64,000 bases of DNA, taken from positions 1 to 64,000 of the IMG/VR virus record IMGVR_UViG_3300020205_002848, one strand, 5' to 3'. Positions 41,226 through 49,933 of the stretch are shown here, one piece after another. The first letter of the stretch is position 1. The number at the start of each line of letters is the position of its first letter. The DNA is from a virus. The notes under the pieces are model-generated. The model was given only the letters and a program-made list of their open reading frames with translations, did no database searches and was not told where the DNA came from. Both the position numbers and the translations under genes were made by a program.

Positions 41226-41888
41226 ATGAATAAGGACTTAAATAAATTTCTAAATAGTCAATCAATATCAAGTACATTTCAAAATGATTATTTTAAAAAA
41301 ATGCAAATACGAAATTCAACAGCTAATCTCCTAGAAAGTAATGGGATGCCAGTTGATATTTTCTCAAAACTTTTAGATGATAGAATTATCTTTCTTACTG
41401 ATGAGGTTGATTCCGATATCTGTAATATAATCAAAGCTCAATTGCTTTATTTAGATATGGAAAGCTCTGATGATATATCAATTTATTTAGACACTCCAGG
41501 TGGATCTGTTTATTCAGGATTGGGACTTTTAGATGTTATGGATTATATAAAATGTGATATATCAACTGTCAATACAGGACTTGCTGCATCGATGGGCGCT
41601 GTCATTCTATGTTCTGGTACAAAGGGGAAAAGAAAAGCTCTTAAAAGAAGTAGGACAATGATCCATCAACCGATGAGTTACGGTGGTTATGTTCAACAAG
41701 CCTCTGATATGGAAATTGAAGCAAAAGAAATGAACTCACTTAAAAAGGAATTATATGAGATAATTTCAGACAGAACTGGTCAAAATTATGATAGAGTTTA
41801 TAAAGATGGTGATAGAGATTATTGGATGTCTTCACAAGATGCTAAGAAGTATGGAATGATTGATGAAATCGTGGTAAAAAGAAAGTAA
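41226..41888 (+). CDS. clpP: ATP-dependent Clp protease proteolytic subunit
   Basis: DIFSKLLDDRIIFL, AQLLYL, TPGGSV, GLAASMGA (catalytic Ser), MIHQP (His), DRDYWMS..AKKYG.ID (Asp). Confidence 0.95.
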   Translation: MNKDLNKFLNSQSISSTFQNDYFKKMQIRNSTANLLESNGMPVDIFSKLLDDRIIFLTDEVDSDICNIIKAQLLYLDMESSDDISIYLDTPGGSVYSGLGLLDVMDYIKCDISTVNTGLAASMGAVILCSGTKGKRKALKRSRTMIHQPMSYGGYVQQASDMEIEAKEMNSLKKELYEIISDRTGQNYDRVYKDGDRDYWMSSQDAKKYGMIDEIVVKRK

Positions 41889-41889
41889 A

Positions 41890-42639
41890 ATGATAAATAA
41901 AATATTTAACGAGAGTAATTTAGAAACTATGTTAAAAATTACAGATAAGTCAATTTCTGGAATTATAACATCACCACCTTATAACATCACCTCTAAAAGA
42001 AAGGATGGTTACTATAATAATGGATATTCTGATATGGATAATCTAACCCCAGATGAGTATTTAGAAGTAAGAACAAATGAGTTTAAAGAATTTTCTAGAA
42101 TAATGGAAGATAAAGGTGTTATTTGTTATAACATATCATATCATAATGAGAATCCGATTCTACCAACTTTATTGATTGCTAAAATTCATAATGATACAGA
42201 CCTAACAGTTGCTGATATTATAACTTGGAAGAAACCAGTTGCAATTCCATTTGCGACAAGTCCAACTAAGCTATCAAGGATATGTGAGTTGATTTATGTT
42301 ATTGTTAAAAAGGATCATTTACATGATTTCATGACAAATAAAGAAATTAGTTCGGTTAGTAAAAAGACGGGTCAGACTTTTTATAAAAATTACCAAAATA
42401 TAATTGAAGCCAAAAACAATGATGGTGTTAATTGTAAATTGAAAGCTTCTTTTTCAGAAGACTTAGTCAATAAACTACTTAATATTTATTTCCCTATTGG
42501 TTCGACTATTTACGACCCGTTTATGGGCATATCGACAACTGCTAGAGCTTGTGAAAAGTCAGGTAGAAACTTTATAGGATCTGAATTAGACAAAGAACAC
42601 TTTGAAATCGGATTAGAAACACTTAAAGAAAAAGTTTAA
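41890..42639 (+). CDS. Orphan beta-class N4-C/N6-A DNA methyltransferase
   Basis: ITSPPY motif IV near the N-terminus; YDPFMGISTT motif I near the C-terminus. Confidence 0.88.
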   Translation: MINKIFNESNLETMLKITDKSISGIITSPPYNITSKRKDGYYNNGYSDMDNLTPDEYLEVRTNEFKEFSRIMEDKGVICYNISYHNENPILPTLLIAKIHNDTDLTVADIITWKKPVAIPFATSPTKLSRICELIYVIVKKDHLHDFMTNKEISSVSKKTGQTFYKNYQNIIEAKNNDGVNCKLKASFSEDLVNKLLNIYFPIGSTIYDPFMGISTTARACEKSGRNFIGSELDKEHFEIGLETLKEKV

Positions 42640-42643
42640 GCAT

Positions 42644-42675
42644 AAAAAAACCACTCAAATAATTTGAGTGGTTTT
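42644..42675. terminator. Bidirectional intrinsic terminator
   Basis: A7-CCACTCAAAT-A-ATTTGAGTGG-T4 between convergent genes. Confidence 0.8.
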
Positions 42676-42692
42676 AATTTTTTCAGTAGAAA

Positions 42693-43022
42693 TTACTCAC
42701 CTTGTTTTTTAGGTCTTGGTTTTCTACGAGTTTTAGCTTTAGGTTTTTTCTCACCTTCAACCTCTTCAACTTTAGGTTGTTCAACTTTAGTAGATTTAAC
42801 ATTAGCCTTTATTTCTTTAGCTGTTACCTTTTCTTCTTCAACTTTAGGTTGAGCAGCTTTAGGTTGAGCAGCTTTAGGCTTTCTTTGAGTTTTAGGTTGT
42901 TCAGCTTTAGGAGCTTCATTCTTAACCTCATTCTTAACAACAGGAGATTTTTCAATACTCACTGTTTCCACTTTAGTTTGATCCTTACCAAAACTAAAAA
43001 ATCTTTTGATAGATTCCCACAT
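42693..43022 (-). CDS. Lys-rich low-complexity protein
   Basis: PKAAQ repeats, basic tail. Confidence 0.6.
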   Translation of the reverse strand: MWESIKRFFSFGKDQTKVETVSIEKSPVVKNEVKNEAPKAEQPKTQRKPKAAQPKAAQPKVEEEKVTAKEIKANVKSTKVEQPKVEEVEGEKKPKAKTRRKPRPKKQGE

Positions 43023-43123
43023 AATTAGATTTATTTTTTTTGTATATATAGAAAATATTCATCTCCCTATATAAAAAACCACAAAAAATTCGATGAAAAG
43101 ATGGATTTTTTATATATAAATTT

Positions 43124-44596
43124 ATGAAATTTAGATATGACAAAGAAACCGAAGAGATAGTAGTATCAGAAGCTTCAAGAATTGAATATCACCAATTAGA
43201 AATTTGGTTGACTCGTCATGTCAAGGGATATAAGTATATGCCGGCATTTAAAATGGGAGTTTGGAATGGACAACAAACATATTTTAGAAACGGTAGATTC
43301 AATCTAGGACTTTGGAAAGAAGCTATGAGGGGTTGTAAAGAAATAGAAATGCCTTTTATACTTGAAAACAAAAATGATTTTCCACTTAATAGAGATGTTA
43401 CTTTAGAAGGGGTTAAAGAATTTTGTAAAGATTTTTTTAAAGAACATAAAGTTAGAACAAAAGATGGTCAATGGATACCATTTGCTCCATATGATCATCA
43501 AATAGAATCTGCTTATAAAATTCTTAAAAATAGATATTGCATGGCAGAGGTAGCAACATCAGGTGGTAAATCTCTAATAATATCTATTGTCATGTTTTAC
43601 ACATTGAAAAATATAGACGAAACTGCTAAATTTTTAATTATTGTACCATCAATAACTTTAGTAACACAATTTTATGATAATATAATAGAATATAATTATG
43701 GTATTAATAACTTATTGGAGATGAGAGAAAAAGAATCTGACCACATTTTAACCGGTACTCACTTACCATGTGATGTTAGAGTTGAAGAGGTTATGTCAGA
43801 GAGACCTAGAAAATTCTCAGGTACACAAAATGCTAATGTTTATGTTGGTACTTATCAATCATTAGAGAAATGGCCAAAAGAGTTTTTTCAACAATTTCAC
43901 ACAGTTGTAACAGATGAGGCACATGGGGCTAAAGCAAAAACAATTACTACTATTCTAGAGAATACTTTCAAACATGCTTACTCGAGATTTGGAGTTTCTG
44001 GTACATTTCCAGAAGATGATACTTGTGAAATATTAACAATACAATCAGTGTTGGGTCCAAAAATAACAGAGGTCTCTGCTAATGAATTAAAAGAAAAGGG
44101 AATTATAACACCTATGGAAATAAAAGCTGTTATAATGAATCACAATGACTTAGAATTTGATGAGAGAATGACTATTATTAAAAGAAGTGGTAATGGTAAA
44201 GATGCTTTCGAATTGGAAAAACAATACATACATGCTTCTGATAGAAGATTGGACTTTATTAAAAAAATAGTTGATAAATGTGATTCAAATACTTTACTAC
44301 TTTTTCACACAATTGAATATGGTCAAAGAATATTTAATAAACTAAAAGAGGATCTACCTGATAAAGAATTTTACTATATTGATGGTGAGGTTTCTGGTAA
44401 AAAAAGAGAAGTAATTAAAAAGGAAATGGAAATAACCAAAGAGAAAGTCGAATATACGATTTTGAATTTTGGTGATTATGAGATTGAGTTTAAATCAGAC
44501 TTTAAAATATTACTAAGTGATGGATTATTTAAAAAAGCATGTGATATATCACCAGATGATGATATTGATGATGATTTTATAAATAAATATAAATAA
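43124..44596 (+). CDS. uvsW: UvsW-like SF2 helicase, N-terminal part (motifs I-IV), ending in a Hint-like tail
   Basis: MPAFKMGVWNG, PYDHQ, ATSGGKS, IIVPSITLVTQ, TYQSL, DEAH, GVSGT, YIDGEV; motifs V and VI are absent. Confidence 0.9.
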   Translation: MKFRYDKETEEIVVSEASRIEYHQLEIWLTRHVKGYKYMPAFKMGVWNGQQTYFRNGRFNLGLWKEAMRGCKEIEMPFILENKNDFPLNRDVTLEGVKEFCKDFFKEHKVRTKDGQWIPFAPYDHQIESAYKILKNRYCMAEVATSGGKSLIISIVMFYTLKNIDETAKFLIIVPSITLVTQFYDNIIEYNYGINNLLEMREKESDHILTGTHLPCDVRVEEVMSERPRKFSGTQNANVYVGTYQSLEKWPKEFFQQFHTVVTDEAHGAKAKTITTILENTFKHAYSRFGVSGTFPEDDTCEILTIQSVLGPKITEVSANELKEKGIITPMEIKAVIMNHNDLEFDERMTIIKRSGNGKDAFELEKQYIHASDRRLDFIKKIVDKCDSNTLLLFHTIEYGQRIFNKLKEDLPDKEFYYIDGEVSGKKREVIKKEMEITKEKVEYTILNFGDYEIEFKSDFKILLSDGLFKKACDISPDDDIDDDFINKYK

Positions 44597-44604
44597 ATAT
44601 AAAT

Positions 44605-44947
44605 ATGGCTAAAATAATAGACAAAAGAAAAATAATCAGAGAAGAAGGGGCGACTAAAGTTTTAGTCGCCTCTTACTGAGGACGGTACATTATCCACAGG
44701 AGTATCGATAAATGCTATTTTTAATGTAATATTCGCTGATTCTTTTAAATCGGAGCAAATTATTATACAATCAATTGGTAGAGCACTTCGTTTACACTCT
44801 GATAAAAAGAAAGCAAATATCTTTGATTTGGTTGATATTTTTAATTCCAATAATATGAATAATATATTATTTAGACACTTTAAAGAAAGAGAAAAATTTT
44901 ACACAAAAAGACAATATCCTTACAAAATAATCAAAGTTAATCTTTGA
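44605..44947 (+). CDS. uvsW: UvsW helicase C-terminal part interrupted by a 7-nt insert; join(44605..44676,44684..44947), about 111 aa
   Basis: MAKIIDKRKIIREEGATKVLVASY, TGA, then in the +1 frame GTLSTGVSI (motif V), QSIGRALR (motif VI) and IFDLVD...RHFKEREKFY; not in the ORF track. Confidence 0.85.
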
Positions 44948-44977
44948 ATGTAGGGTGTTGTTTAAAATATATAATTT

Positions 44978-47900
44978 ATGGGCGGCTTTAGAAATAAATT
45001 AAATTCACAACAAAAAATAAACATGGATGTTATAATCGATACCTTGAAAAAGGGAGGTTATACAAACCCATATACGATAGCTGGAATTTGTTCCATTATT
45101 AGCAAAGAGAGTGTATTTAATCTAATTAGAGAAAACATGAACTATTCAACTGATAGAATAGGTCAAGTTTGGGGTAGATTGAGGGGTAGAAGTGACTTAG
45201 GTCACAATCCTGAAAAGTTAGCAAATACGGTATATGGCGGTAAATATGGAAATGCTGCACAAGATGGGTATCGATATAGAGGCGGTGGATTCAACCAATT
45301 AACATTCAAGGGGAATTATGATTTTTACGGTAGTAAAAGTGGAACTCAATTGGGTAGTAATCCTGATTTAATAGGTGATATATTAACTGCTTCTAAAGTA
45401 ATTTTATATTATTATAAATCAAACTATTCAATTCTTAAAAATAGTGGGGCTCTAAAAGAATATGGTGCATCGGGTGATGGGAATACTTTTACTGACCTTA
45501 AAGGGGCCATATTGGGAGCTTATCATGCAACAGCCGGTGTTGGTAAAAAAGTATCATATGTTAAGGGATTATTAACCAGTGATTCACTGGGTGGTATGAC
45601 AAAAGCACAGGCAAATGGGCCTGATATATTAGCCTATGTTAAATCATTTTCGGGTTTAACACAACCACCACCATCGCTGGTACCATCTGATGGTGGATCA
45701 ACATCAACAACAGCAGCCGAATCACCCGCTACTTCAGTGGTAACTCCACCAGAGCCTAAGTATGTTATTAATAATGTAAAATTAATTAAAAAAAGCGGAC
45801 CAGGTGAGATAATGGGTGTAGTTGAAGTCCCTGCTTATTTAGGAGAGGCTTCATTTTCAGGTATTCAATTTGACGAACCAGGTGATTATGTTATACATGC
45901 TGTCGGTGATGATGATTCCATCGAACCACTTGAATTTAAAATAACGGTTAGTGGCGATCCATCTCCAAAAAGTCAAGAGAAAGCAGCTGCTTATGAAAAA
46001 TTAGTAGCTGATGGTAATAGACCAATTATTGCTCAAATAGACCAACCAAGTGTTTCATTACCACCAATGAAATATGATGTAGCCCCGGCTGATGCGCAAA
46101 CAAATACAGATATAATTACATCTATAGGTTTGAATCCATTTTTGTGGCTAGGTGGATATCAAATAAGAGAAGCTGATATAAAATCACTTAGCTTATATCA
46201 TCAAGGAATTACACCATGTGCTCAAGTTGTGTTTAATGACGCTCAGGGTATAATGAAAAGAGAGGGATTTCCTTTGAATAATGCAACATTTGAAATTTTC
46301 CTAAACTCTAGTTCTCCATATTTGAAATCAATTCATATGAAATTTAGATTAGTAAATTTTCAAGAAAATTCTGATAAAAGTATGACAATTACAGGTATGA
46401 TAGAGTTAAAAGACTTTTATAAGATAAATTATAACTCATATAGTGGAACCTCATTTGAAGTTTTAAGATCAATATCAAAAGAGTTACAACTTGGATTTAA
46501 CTCAAATATAAATTCTACATCGGATTCTATGAAGTGGACTAATGTTGGTAAGACATTTAACGAATTTATGAGTAGTATAATGCAATTTTCCTATATAGAT
46601 GATAAATCATTTGTAATGGGTTATATAGATTTTTACTACTGTTTCAACTATGTAGACTTGGAAAAAGAATGGTTGAGAAATATAGGAAATGATGTTGGTA
46701 TTAGTTCAGGGGGTATTGGTAGATTAGCAACGACTAAATCAGATGAACAGATAGCAAGGCTATATTTATCAAATGAGAAATCAACAAATGGTAGTGATTT
46801 ATATTTCCAAAATTACACTGTTAAAAATGACTCAACTGAAAAATCAATTACAAAAGGTCAAAGAACTGTTGTGAAATATTATGATACATATTCAAAGTCT
46901 TTTTTAATTTTTGACATTGATGGATTAACAACACCTGGTGATGACAATATAATACTTAAAGGCAATCCAGCCGATTCAAAAGATATGGAAGAAAACTATA
47001 GAACAGTTGATGGTGGTAGATTCGATTTATCTAATGTTCATAAAGAATATCTATATGCAAAAACATTAAATGATAGAAATCTAAGTGATTTGAGTAAAAT
47101 ATCGGTAACACTGGAGATACCAGCTTTGAATTTTAATTTTTATAAATTTCAAAAGGTTGGTATACAATTTGTCAATGAGGCTCAAACTATTTCCGACCCA
47201 AGTCTTATACAAGAGAGGATATCCGGGGAATGGATGATAACAGAAATAAAATATATTTGGATAAAAAATAAGATAAACCAAACTCTAACTTGTGTAAGAA
47301 AAGAACTTGGTAAAATAATAGAAGAGAAAAGACAAGATAGTGGTAATAAAGAACCTGAAAAGAAATCAGGGGGTACTGTTGCACACGATGGATACTTTGG
47401 GAATGAGGCTGTTCCTGCTGTGCCACCAAATAGTATATTTAAAATAGGTGAAACTTATACTGTTCAAGATAAAGATGGAAGATTATTTACAGTGACAATT
47501 GAAAATTTAGAATCTAATGGAAATGATATACAAGGATATATACTGGAAAATTCAGAACAACCAGAATTAAAACCAATAATAAATACTGGTACTTCAGGAA
47601 CATCTGGTATAAATGGGACAAGTAGCACATCTGGTGTAAATGGAACATCTGGTGTAAATGTAACTCCAGTTACTTCAGCTTCACAGACTTCCGGTCCTAT
47701 AAATTTTGTAATAGGTGATTCAATAGCTGCTGGTTTGGCTAAACTAGCCATATCATCAACAAATAGAAGTGGGGCTTATAATGATAGAAATGGTAAAAGA
47801 GTGCCACCATCAAAAGATGAATGGGGTATATCACAAGTTGGGGCAAACCCTGGTGCTATCTTAGGATTTATAAATGAAATAGGTAGTAGTAAATTATCCG

Positions 47901-48211
47901 GAAAGAAAGTATTACTTTCATCAGGGTATACGAATGGACCAGCTCAGAAACAAAAGGTGAAAGATCAGTTAGCACTTCTTAAGGAATGGGGATGTAAAGT
48001 TCTTTTAGTAGGGGCTACGAATAACCCACCTCAGAACCTTTCGGGTTCTGCTCCAAATGGATTATCAGATGCTAATACTCAATTAAAAGCACTAGCAGAG
48101 CAATATGGATTTACTTTCTTAGGAGAGTTTACTCCTAACTCCAGTGACCATATACACCCTAATAGTTATCCAGTATACTACAATACTAGTATTTTACCAT
48201 ATACTAAATAA
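44978..48211 (+). CDS. Baseplate hub-like protein with N-terminal GH19/lysozyme-fold and C-terminal SGNH hydrolase domains
   Basis: KES...ENMNYS..PEKLANTVYG...GN...DGYRYRGGGFNQLTFKGNY (GH19-type); SGEWMITEIKY (hub-like end); VIGDSIA..G..N..DHIHP (SGNH). Confidence 0.75.
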   Translation: MGGFRNKLNSQQKINMDVIIDTLKKGGYTNPYTIAGICSIISKESVFNLIRENMNYSTDRIGQVWGRLRGRSDLGHNPEKLANTVYGGKYGNAAQDGYRYRGGGFNQLTFKGNYDFYGSKSGTQLGSNPDLIGDILTASKVILYYYKSNYSILKNSGALKEYGASGDGNTFTDLKGAILGAYHATAGVGKKVSYVKGLLTSDSLGGMTKAQANGPDILAYVKSFSGLTQPPPSLVPSDGGSTSTTAAESPATSVVTPPEPKYVINNVKLIKKSGPGEIMGVVEVPAYLGEASFSGIQFDEPGDYVIHAVGDDDSIEPLEFKITVSGDPSPKSQEKAAAYEKLVADGNRPIIAQIDQPSVSLPPMKYDVAPADAQTNTDIITSIGLNPFLWLGGYQIREADIKSLSLYHQGITPCAQVVFNDAQGIMKREGFPLNNATFEIFLNSSSPYLKSIHMKFRLVNFQENSDKSMTITGMIELKDFYKINYNSYSGTSFEVLRSISKELQLGFNSNINSTSDSMKWTNVGKTFNEFMSSIMQFSYIDDKSFVMGYIDFYYCFNYVDLEKEWLRNIGNDVGISSGGIGRLATTKSDEQIARLYLSNEKSTNGSDLYFQNYTVKNDSTEKSITKGQRTVVKYYDTYSKSFLIFDIDGLTTPGDDNIILKGNPADSKDMEENYRTVDGGRFDLSNVHKEYLYAKTLNDRNLSDLSKISVTLEIPALNFNFYKFQKVGIQFVNEAQTISDPSLIQERISGEWMITEIKYIWIKNKINQTLTCVRKELGKIIEEKRQDSGNKEPEKKSGGTVAHDGYFGNEAVPAVPPNSIFKIGETYTVQDKDGRLFTVTIENLESNGNDIQGYILENSEQPELKPIINTGTSGTSGINGTSSTSGVNGTSGVNVTPVTSASQTSGPINFVIGDSIAAGLAKLAISSTNRSGAYNDRNGKRVPPSKDEWGISQVGANPGAILGFINEIGSSKLSGKKVLLSSGYTNGPAQKQKVKDQLALLKEWGCKVLLVGATNNPPQNLSGSAPNGLSDANTQLKALAEQYGFTFLGEFTPNSSDHIHPNSYPVYYNTSILPYTK

Positions 48212-48228
48212 AAATTAAAAAAATATAA

Positions 48229-49893
48229 ATGGCAACACAAGCAGAAAAAGATTTTTATGACTTTATACGTAAAAGAATAAATGATAATTATAAATATAAA
48301 GGATATAAAGTTTATAATATGACCGCTGATGATGTTAGCAAGTTAAAGGGGTTGGGTGACAAATGGGGTATCCCATTTGAGTGGTTGTGTAATTTAATGA
48401 ACCATGAATCAGCAGGTACTTTTAACCCAGCTATACAAAATAGCATTGGGGCTACTGGATTAATACAATTTCTTGGAAGCACAGCGAGGGGATTAGGAAC
48501 TACTACATCATCACTAGCATCTTTATCATTTCAGGGTCAATTAACTTGGGTTGATAAATATTTAGATAGCTGGAAATCGCTTTGGAAAAGAAAGGGAATA
48601 ATTACAGGGGGTAAAGCAAATGATAAATTTAATCAATCTGACCTTTTCATGACAATTTTTTACCCAAAGTCAGTTGGTAACCCAAATTATGATTTTCCGA
48701 GTAGTGTTACCAGTGCCAATGGTGGTATAAGAACACCAACGGATTATACTAGAAAGGCATTGCTCAATCCACCATTTCCACTAAGTGATGTTCCTTCCAG
48801 TTTACCAGAATATAGAAGAAAGGTTTCAGGTGGAGATGCTGGTGCAATTCCAGGTGGTGATGTCGCTACAACACCAGCAGCTGTAACGGGTGAATCCGGT
48901 ACATCTGGTGAATCCGGTACATCCGGTACATCCGGTAATACAATAACACCTGTACCTAAAAAGTTCGGATCATACGTATTTGACGTTACAAAGCCAAATT
49001 ATTTTTATAATTCAGAATTTGGAGATTTAATGATTATTGATAAAGAACAGATAGACCCCTTTATATTTGAACCGGTAGAAAATGAAGAATTACTATCACC
49101 TGAATATACAGAGACTGACTATACAGGACCAGCAGAAGAAACAATAAAATTTGATGGTGAGATTATGACATTATTTTCAAATGATGAATTAGAAAGAGAT
49201 GAGTCGGCTACGGTCGAGGATGGTAGTGGTAAAGATCCAGAAACCGGAGCAGCTATACAATTTGGTGGATCCGATGTTAAAACAATAACTGGGAATGTCT
49301 CAAACTTATCAGTTACTCTACCAATGGATTTAGCAAATGTGCAGAATTCAAATGTAATAACTAAACAATCAATGGGTAATGGTTCATACCGATCAATAGG
49401 TACTGATATAACAACTCCAAAAGGTGAAAAGATGTCGGGTGCTGGAATTACAAAAAATATGAATGAATTTGTTCAAGATGTTTTGGGGCCCTTTGCTACA
49501 TGGTTAAAAAACAACTATCCGGGATTATATAAAAGTTGGTATATAACAAGTGCTACTAGGGGATATGTTCCAAAGGGAGGGTCTTTAACATCACAACATA
49601 TGAGAGGGCAAGCCGTGGATAGTCAAATACCTTCATCAAGAGCTGCTAATCCTGAAAAAAACATTGAATTGTGTAATGCTATATTGGAGTGGTATAAGAC
49701 TAATAAAGTTGGATATGGCCAGATACTATTTGAAACTAGAGATAGTTCTTGTTGGATACACTGGTCATATGCAAGAGGTAATAGTAGATTAATGTTTGCT
49801 AGATTTTCTCAAGATCGTACCAAAAAGGCATCAGCTAATAAAACAGGATCTTATGTTTTACCACCATTGTCAAAATCATCTTTAGGTTTTTAA
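48229..49893 (+). CDS. Virion-associated lysin: lytic transglycosylase-like plus peptidase M15 domains
   Basis: HESAGTFNPAIQNSIGATGLIQF; ITSATR...SQHMRGQAVD...WIHWS. Confidence 0.8.
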   Translation: MATQAEKDFYDFIRKRINDNYKYKGYKVYNMTADDVSKLKGLGDKWGIPFEWLCNLMNHESAGTFNPAIQNSIGATGLIQFLGSTARGLGTTTSSLASLSFQGQLTWVDKYLDSWKSLWKRKGIITGGKANDKFNQSDLFMTIFYPKSVGNPNYDFPSSVTSANGGIRTPTDYTRKALLNPPFPLSDVPSSLPEYRRKVSGGDAGAIPGGDVATTPAAVTGESGTSGESGTSGTSGNTITPVPKKFGSYVFDVTKPNYFYNSEFGDLMIIDKEQIDPFIFEPVENEELLSPEYTETDYTGPAEETIKFDGEIMTLFSNDELERDESATVEDGSGKDPETGAAIQFGGSDVKTITGNVSNLSVTLPMDLANVQNSNVITKQSMGNGSYRSIGTDITTPKGEKMSGAGITKNMNEFVQDVLGPFATWLKNNYPGLYKSWYITSATRGYVPKGGSLTSQHMRGQAVDSQIPSSRAANPEKNIELCNAILEWYKTNKVGYGQILFETRDSSCWIHWSYARGNSRLMFARFSQDRTKKASANKTGSYVLPPLSKSSLGF

Positions 49894-49933
49894 ATAAAAA
49901 CTATCAGAGTTTAATAATATTAATATATAGAGT

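Noticed and set aside
40827-43028. Overlapping ORFs 40827-41030, 40857-41078, 40882-41085, 42664-42852 and 42702-43028
   Set aside because: Low-complexity shadows of the acidic (40807-41133) and Lys-rich (42693-43022) genes
44441-44643. Functional split intein in UvsW
   Set aside because: No N-terminal Cys/Ser block, no TxxH and no terminal HN plus nucleophile; kept only as a degenerate remnant
28229-44679. Stop-codon reassignment (TAG or TGA read as sense) explaining the polB and uvsW breaks
   Set aside because: Both continuations are in a different frame; readthrough hits TAA soon after (28265 in polB); TAG and TGA end many normal genes here
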